A DNA stretch of 64,000 nt. Origin: Octopus vulgaris. Lineage: Eukaryota. This document shows, in pieces, positions 56,192 through 64,000 of the stretch. Positions within the stretch are counted from its first letter, which is position 1. The number at the start of each line of letters is the position of its first letter. The notes below the pieces were generated by a model that had not been told where the DNA came from, ran no database searches, and saw nothing but the letters and a program-made list of their open reading frames with translations. The position numbers and the translations under genes were made by a program. The stretch covers positions 36,580,001-36,644,000 of the forward strand of contig OX597837.1 of the NCBI GenBank assembly GCA_951406725.2, written 5' to 3'.

Positions 56192-56343
56192 TATATATAA
56201 TATATAGATATAGATTTATGTTTATAGATATCCGTGTATACGTAAGTGTATATATGTATGCATGTGTATTTATACGTATGTATATGTATGTCTGCACAAG
56301 GATAAATAGACAGATAGTTAGATAGAGAGAGAGAGAGAGAGAG

Positions 56344-56755
56344 AGGCGTAGGAGTGGCTGTGTGGTAAGTAGCTTGTTTCCCAACCACATGGTTTTGGGT
56401 TCAGTCCCACCGCGTGGCACCTTGGGCAAGTATCTTCTACTATAGCCTCGGGCCGACCAAAACCTTTTTAGTGGATTTGGTAGGCGGAAACTGAAAGAAG
56501 CCCGTCGTATTTGTGTGTGTGTGTATTTATGATTTGTGTTTGTGTTTGTCCCCCTCACCACCACCACCACCATCCGTCAACAACCGATATTCGTCTGCTC
56601 GTGTCCCCATCAACTAGCAGTCCGGCAAAAGAGACCGATAGAATAAGTATTAGGCTTACAAAGAATAAGTCCTGGGGTCGATTTGTTCGACTAAAGGCGG
56701 TGCTCCAGCATGACCGCAGTCAAATGACTAAAACATGTAAAAGAATAAAAGAATG
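56344..56755 (+). mobile_element. SINE family A
   Basis: Match to family A. Confidence 0.85.
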
Positions 56756-56776
56756 AAAGGTAGATAGATAGATACA

Positions 56777-57147
56777 TGATGGCTGCCCCCTCGTTATCGA
56801 GTATGGCCATTGCACGAAGCTTAACTATTACTGGTGCTGTGATCGAATGTGACTTTTTAGCCCAGCTAAAGATCTACAATGTCTTGTACAGAATTGGCAG
56901 CTAAAACCTTTAGTGGTAATGGCCAGCTGTAGTTGTAACTGGGCTTCATGTACCTTTGCATGTCGTTTAAGTCCTCCTGCCATATTACACTCTCTTCCAC
57001 ATGCCCGACAGATATGATTAGTATGGTGTGTCACACCACCACCAGTGGCCAGGTTGTCACTCATCTGTCTCGTTTTATGACTACGAAGACGACTCTTGAG
57101 TCCAGCTTTACTGAGGCAGAGTCTTGCACAGACACTGCATGTCAATC
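56777..57147 (-). mobile_element. RTE-like LINE 3' end with three C2H2-type zinc fingers
   Basis: CSVC..KAGLKSRLRSH, CRAC..AGGLKRHAKVH, CQFC..LAGLKSHIRSQH*, then a short UTR with hairpin CTCGATAACGAG and a microsatellite tail. No TGEKP linkers. Confidence 0.65.
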
Positions 57148-57701
57148 TCATACATACATACATACATACATACATACATACATACATGCATGCATGCATG
57201 CATACATACATACATACATACATACATACATACATGCATGCATGCATACATACATACATACATACATACATACATACATACATACATACATACATACATA
57301 CATGCATGCATGCATACATACATACATACATACAAACATACATACATACATACATACATACATACATACATACATACATACATGTCAACTGCAATGCATC
57401 GTGCTTAAATGCAGTTAAAAGAGAATACTGCATCTGCATCAACAGTACAACACATGCAATTGATCCGGAACCATTTTCCATAGCTGCAGGCAAACTGCAT
57501 TATGGGATGGCACCTTGAAGGGGCCTAATAGTTGGATACTGGTATGAGAGGCTCACATTTTACTGGAAACCACTAAGGGGAGCTCTTAACAGTGGTAAGT
57601 AAAATTGTAATGTTTTTATCATTCCGAATATGCTTGGGGTTCGTTCGAACCTGTGAACAAGCTACTCACTGCGTTTTGTAACGGAAAATATATCCTGTTT
57701 G

Positions 57702-57962
57702 GGATCTTTTCCTTTTGAACGGCACATGTCAACACAATTTCTAGTTTGTAAGATATTTCGTCTGAAATTTCGAGCATTTGGAGGTCAGCGATTGGTTAAA
57801 ATTGCCGAAATGCTTGAAATTAAAGTGGAATTATGTTACAACATATAGAATTTTCTCAATAAAGCCAAGAAAAAATGATATTTTATAAACACATTCTACC
57901 AGTATACGAAGTTAAAAGTGTAGAAATTGTGTTGACATGTGCCGTTCAAAAGGAAAAGATTC
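57702..57962. mobile_element. MITE with ~42 bp TIRs and 8 bp TSD (Merlin-like)
   Basis: GGATCTTTTCCTTTTGAACGGCACATGTCAACACAATTTCTA and its reverse complement at 57921-57962; direct repeat CCTGTTTG at 57694-57701 and 57963-57970. Confidence 0.75.
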
Positions 57963-58647
57963 CCTGTTTGTTCACAAGTGGTGTGAAATCACCTAGATCA
58001 GTTCGTAGCGCCACCTGTCCAGACCGTGAAATGCAAGCATTTCGGAGTAGTTATCTCCTCTTTTGTCACGGACACCAGGCAAAAGAACTATGGAAAGTCG
58101 AGTTTAAGATGTGACAGTTTTTCATTATCTACATTCCAAAGATGGAGCTTTGTATCTTTGGTTAGAAAGGAGTTCCTTCTTAAGAGGAAGAATTAAAATG
58201 ATTGAAAACGGAAGAGACAGACAGACATCATATATAATAGAAATCAAAATAAGTATGTTTCTTTTTGTCTTTTTATACTTGTTTCGGCCATTGGATTGCG
58301 GCCAAGCTGGGGCACTGAACTGAGGAGGGTGTTTTTGAATTTTTAACTGGTACTTATTTTCTTATTTCGTCCATCCTTTTGCAGAATCGCTAAGTTACGG
58401 GGACGTAAACAAACCAACAATAGCTGTAAAAGTGGTGGGGAAGAACAACATAACATAAACACGAAGGCGCGTGTGTGAGTGCGTGTGTGCGTACATGTGT
58501 GTGTATCAATCAAAGTGTACAGTATTATATATCGATCTTACCAATCGCCGTAATAGAAATATGACACCGTACACTTCGATTAATATACTCACTATATTGA
58601 CAGATACACGAATGCATATTTTCCTGAGTTATGGACTCTTAGATGGC

Positions 58648-58737
<90 letters not shown>

Positions 58738-59774
58738 TGTATGTATATGTATATAAAGAATCAAAGGTCTTTTCCAAGCCAAGGCTAATGACGCCAGTTT
58801 CCCGGTTCCTCTGGTGTATATATTCCCTCTCTGGGAGGGATGCCAGTCCGTCGCAGGATTACTCCAGTCGGAGCAAGATGAAATGAAGTGTTTTGCTCAA
58901 GAACACAACGCATCGTCAAGTCCAGAAATCGAAACCCCAATCTTACGACCAAGAGGGTAACTCATTAACCACTAGACCACGGCTCCTCCACACACATGCA
59001 AACATACATACACACACACGCACATACATACATACATACATACATACATACATACATACATACATACATACATACATACATACATACATACATACATACA
59101 TAAGATATAAACAACTTAGCGGTAAATATGTGTCTTAGATTGATACACATAGCTGTGAATATGTGCCATAAGATGGTACATTTTACTTAGCTACTAATAG
59201 GCACCCAAGGGAGTACATGTTTCTTCGCTGAAAATAGGCAATACTGGAAGGTACAAGCGATATAACTGTAAACACGTACCTCAAGGTGGTACAATTTACT
59301 TAGCTGTAAATAGACAATATTGAAAGGTATAAGCGATATAGTTGTAAAGACGCATCCCAAAGTGATACACTTTACTTAGTTGTAAATAGGTACCATAGGG
59401 TGGTACGTACAGTAAATGATTCCTGTAAATAGTGGCCTGTGCTATATTCAACAGTTCCTTGTAAGCATAGCATACAGAGAAATGGATTCCTGGTTCCGTC
59501 AGAGTGTCTCACGAGGACGGTCGAAGTGGTCATTTGACTTGCTAGAAAGAGTAAGCAATTTCTTTTTCTTAAATCATGCATTACGGCGTTAAAAGACATA
59601 TTCGGTTACGTGGTACAAGGTTCAATATATGTCTGGGGATAAATAGAGAGGAGATGGCCGTGGTTAGAATGTCTCTGATGATAGGTCTGCTTGATCAGAT
59701 GTCGGTTGGGCTATACAACAACAACAACTGTGGCAATATCATCATCATCATCACCACCACCACCACCAGCAGTT

Positions 59775-60078
59775 TCTTTGTTCCTTCTCAAGCCATGCCT
59801 GGCTCATAAGGGCCAGTTTCCCGGTTTCCTTGGCGTATAGGTTCCCCACCTGTACGGGACGCCGGTCCGTCGCAGGTGAGTTGCAAGATGCAGGAGCAAA
59901 GAGTGAGAGAAGGTTGTGGCGAAAGAGTCAGCAGTAGTTTCCTCATTACCTTCTGCCGAAGCCGTGTGGAGCTTAGGTGTTTCACTCATAAACACACACG
60001 TCACCCGGTCTGAGATTCGAACCCGCGATCTCTCGACCACGAATCCGCTGCTATAACCACTAGGCCATGTGCCTCCAC
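59775..60078 (-). mobile_element. SINE with family C-like head and a different 3' module
   Basis: Head matches 10459-10580. The tail CCTGCGACGGACCGGCGTCCCGT..GAAACCGGGAAACTGG is shared with 58775-58990. Confidence 0.75.
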
Positions 60079-60138
60079 AACATCAACGGTAGCAGCAGCA
60101 GAAGTCAACTGTCAAACAATTTCGTTCCATTCTCTCTC

Positions 60139-60200
<62 letters not shown>

Positions 60201-60207
<7 letters not shown>

Positions 60208-60440
60208 ATACAAACTGGGACAAGAACGCAAAACATTTAGAAGACGACACAAAAAACACGGACGGGACATTCGAAGCCTTCAATCTTCAGTCAAGAACCG
60301 GATCATCCTCGCAATTTCGGCTGATTGATCTTGAGATTGCTCCAATCTGGCCAGCCCCAAAGGAAAATCTAAGCCAAGCGCATTAGATTCCTAGGAAGAA
60401 AGCCTCGAATACAAAACAAAGACGGAAAAACGGACGACAT
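60201..60440 (-). mobile_element. Inverted copy of the 13889-14138 repeat
   Basis: Direct match; both give the same spurious translation TFRRRHKKHGRDIRSLQSSVKNRII. Confidence 0.7.
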
Positions 60441-60443
60441 ATC

Positions 60444-60517
<74 letters not shown>

Positions 60518-60814
60518 TCTTTCTCTCTCTCTCTCTCAAAGCACAATTGATGGGGGTCAACTTGATGAGAGGGTCAACTATCAAATACACTGACCTCAGC
60601 GTTGATCTGGAAGACGTGACTGTCTCTAAGAAGTGGACACTCCTCCGCCACGCCCCTCACCCCGCACTATGGCGGTGTCAAACGTCGAGGAGATGTTGCT
60701 CTCTCGTCACGACAACTAAATCACAGAAACAACGCTACCTCCTCACCGACGCCAATCTCACGACTGCTACTACTGCGGCCACTACTACTACTACCACCAC
60801 CAGTACTGCTGCTG

Positions 60815-60851
<37 letters not shown>

Positions 60852-60921
60852 ACCACCACCACCACCACTAGTACTGCTACGACTGCTACTACTACTACTG
60901 CTACTACTACACATATACACA

Positions 60922-60961
<40 letters not shown>

Positions 60962-61033
60962 TACATACATCTATATATACGTATATATATGTATATGTAT
61001 ACATATATATATGTATGTGTATACATATATATG

Positions 61034-61079
<46 letters not shown>

Positions 61080-61080
61080 A

Positions 61081-62095
61081 ATACAAGGTACAACTGTTGC
61101 CATTTTATACTTTTAATTTTGCGCATGCGCTTTGTTTTTTGTTTTTGTTGTTGTTTTTTTTCGACTAAACAGTATAGTAGGGTTAGTTGGGCACCGTCTG
61201 TTAGAAAACAGCACCATGACGCAATTCACCTTGCGAGAAATTTGGAAACGACATGTTGTACTGCTTGGCATTCGCGCCGAAAGCTCCAATTTTTATCCCC
61301 CAAGCCATCAAGGACAAGAAGAAAAACCGTGCTAGGAAGCCTTTGAACAAACTCAGGCATCCCCTCGAACCGAACATGCTTTGAGTTTTCTCAGACGAGA
61401 AAAATTTCTACCAGGATCAGATGGTGAACACAGAACAACCGATGGCTTTCCGTGTCCCCCAAATATGTACCGAAAGTGATAAAAATCAAACATCCAGTCA
61501 ATATCATGGTGTTTGGAGTGATCACTCGTGATGGCGAAGTTATGCCTCTATTCATCTTCCCAAACGGCCTCAGACTCAATGCGGAGGCCTACATCAAGTG
61601 CCTGGAAGGGGTAGTACTGCCCTGGGTTAAGAGGGTGGCTGCTAGAAGAACCTATATCTGGCAACAGGACTCTGCACCACGCTGTACAAGCAGAAGAACC
61701 CAGTCATGGCTGTCAGACAATTTCTGCGACCACATCACCCCTAACATCTGGCCACCTAACTCAACCAGACTGCAACCCCCTTGATTAGTATGTGTGGGAT
61801 GCAGTTAAGCGAGAGGCCAACAAAACTCCTTGTAACACCAAAGATGAACAGAAGGCAAGGATTATGGCAGCATTCACCATCTTAAACAAGGAGACCGTCC
61901 AGAAGAATTGCAGGAGATTCCGAAGTCGTCTGGAGGCCATAGCTGAAGCCAGACGATTTTATTGAATTAATTTACTCTTTTAGTATTTCAAGATATTTTA
62001 ATGTAATTTTGGTAAATATATCTGTTAAAATGAGATGTCAGCGTTATTTTCTTTTTTGCGTAATTTAGACGACAGTTTATTCACCGCACCCTGCA
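61081..62095 (+). mobile_element. Decayed DD37D (maT-family) DNA transposon
   Basis: FSDEKNF, IMVFGVI, WQQDSAP and WPPNS/PDCNPLD motifs. After correcting one frameshift there are 37 residues between the 2nd and 3rd Asp. Right end reads TTTATTCACCGCACCCTG. Confidence 0.85.
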
Positions 62096-62104
62096 TATAT
62101 ATAT

Positions 62105-62179
<75 letters not shown>

Positions 62180-62180
<1 letters not shown>

Positions 62181-62447
62181 GTGCAGGAGTGGCTGTGTGG
62201 TAAGTAGCTTGCTTACCAACCACATGGATCCGGATTCAGTCCCACTGCGTGGCACCTTGGACAAGGATCTTCTAAAATAGCCTCGGGCCGACCAAAGACT
62301 TGTGAATGGATTTAATAAATAGAAACTGAAAGAATCCCGTTGTGTGCGCGCGTGTGTGTAACCCATCACCGCTTGACAACTAGTGTTAATATGTTTACGT
62401 CCCCGTAACTTAGCGGTTCGGCCAAAGGGTCGATACAATAAGTACCA
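62180..62447 (+). mobile_element. SINE family A, 3'-partial
   Basis: Match to family A. Confidence 0.75.
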
Positions 62448-62558
62448 GACATATATAATTATATCATATTACTAATGAAATTTTACTCGACAACAAAGTG
62501 ACTCAAAAGCCGAAAGTTTCGTTCGTGGCACTTAGCAAACTATCCCTTTTCAACAATA

Positions 62559-62905
62559 TCCTTTTCTATTCTAGGCACAAGGCCCGAAATTTCTGGTGAG
62601 GGCGCCAGTCGATTAGATCGACCCCAGTACGCTACAGACGAAATACTGTGAAGCATTTCGCCCGGCGTGCTAACGTTTCCGCCAGCTCGCCGCCTTTAAA
62701 TATACTTTTCTACCCGAAATTTGGTGGGGTGGGGGCCAGCCGATTAGATCGACCCCAGTACGCAACTGGTACTTAACTTATCGACCCCTAAAGGATGAAA
62801 GGCAAAGTCGACCTCGGCGGAATTTGAACTCAGTACGTAACGGCAGACGAAATACCTGTAAGCATTTCACCCGGCATGCTAACGTTTCTCCCATCTCGCC
62901 GCCTT
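62559..62905 (-). mobile_element. Family B SINE tandem (one copy internally deleted)
   Basis: Match to family B. Further single copies at ~2707-2915, 7822-8012, 9851-9958, 20470-20555, 46025-46237, 48246-48400. Confidence 0.8.
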
Positions 62906-63271
62906 TTTTCAAGAATATTCTGAAAGTCTACATATGTCTGTTTGTGCTATCAACTTAAATTTTATAAAGGTAGATGCATTCTTTAAACAAGTATCGTTTC
63001 TTTTCTTCTTGCCTTTGCTTCTTTGTCTCTTTCTTACTCCACTTCATGAAGAGTTTATCCGAAACGTCAGTTTCTTCGTTTCTTTTTCCTTTTTCTTTTT
63101 TCAGTGTATAATTCATTATACGCCACCTTTTATCTCAATATGTGTGTGTGTATGTGTGTTTACATTTCCTCTGCCGCCTTTTGAATTTTGGCATATATAT
63201 ATAAATGTATGTAGCACGCACATATTTATGTGTGTATATATATATGTATATATGTACGCAAATATATATAT

Positions 63272-63458
63272 AGGGAGAGTTTACGAAAAAAACAAAAGAC
63301 GAAGACAGATGGTGTACAAAACAAACAGATGTATTAGTATAACGCTCGGGAATAGAAAAAGTCTTTTACGTTTCGAGCCTACGCTCTTCTACAGAAAGGG
63401 ACACAGAAAAAAACAAGGAGAGAAACAAGGAGAGAGAAAAAATGTGTGTAGTGGCTAA
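63272..63458 (-). mobile_element. Second copy of the 6706-6906 repeat
   Basis: Direct sequence match, preceded by TA repeats; same HHR-like motif at 63363-63398. Confidence 0.65.
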
Positions 63459-63542
63459 TGTACATATATACATACATACATATACACACACATACACGTC
63501 ATACACACAAACATACATATATACACACATGTATGCACGCAT

Positions 63543-63633
<91 letters not shown>

Positions 63634-63657
63634 TGTTTCTTTATTCTTTTATGTTTC

Positions 63658-63693
<36 letters not shown>

Positions 63694-63782
63694 TCTGATA
63701 CGCACATATGCGGCTAGCGATATATACCATATAATGCATTATATATATACATATATACATACATGTACATATATAATATTTA

Positions 63783-63861
<79 letters not shown>

Positions 63862-64000
63862 GCAACAAAAACAACAACAGCAACACCAGATCTATCGAAG
63901 ACATAAATATGTTAGAATGCTAAAATTTGTTGAGAATCTTCAATGATTTTTTTTTTGTGTATGTATCTTTCTTGTGTTTTTGTTTTGTTGTTTTTTTATA

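Overview
Eukaryotic, AT-rich, microsatellite-dominated non-coding DNA. The three tRNA-derived SINE families and the repeat landscape resemble coleoid cephalopod (Octopus-like) genomic DNA; this assignment is an inference. I recognise no host protein-coding exon, and almost all listed ORFs are translations of simple repeats. The window holds dozens of SINE copies, decayed LINEs (Tx1/L1, CR1, R4/Dong, RTE-like), a Penelope-like GIY-YIG remnant, mariner DD34D and maT DD37D transposase remnants, pogo/Tigger, hAT and Merlin-like MITEs, a Helentron-associated-like element and a tRNA-Lys(CTT) pseudogene. The most notable signal is a dispersed set of type I hammerhead ribozyme (HHR) motifs. One has a fully canonical core at 22482-22560 and a near-identical inverted partner on the opposite strand at 22264-22343. 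The same divergent inverted-pair layout recurs at about 7200-7400 and, more degenerately, at about 10300-10415. All alignments and folds were done by eye.
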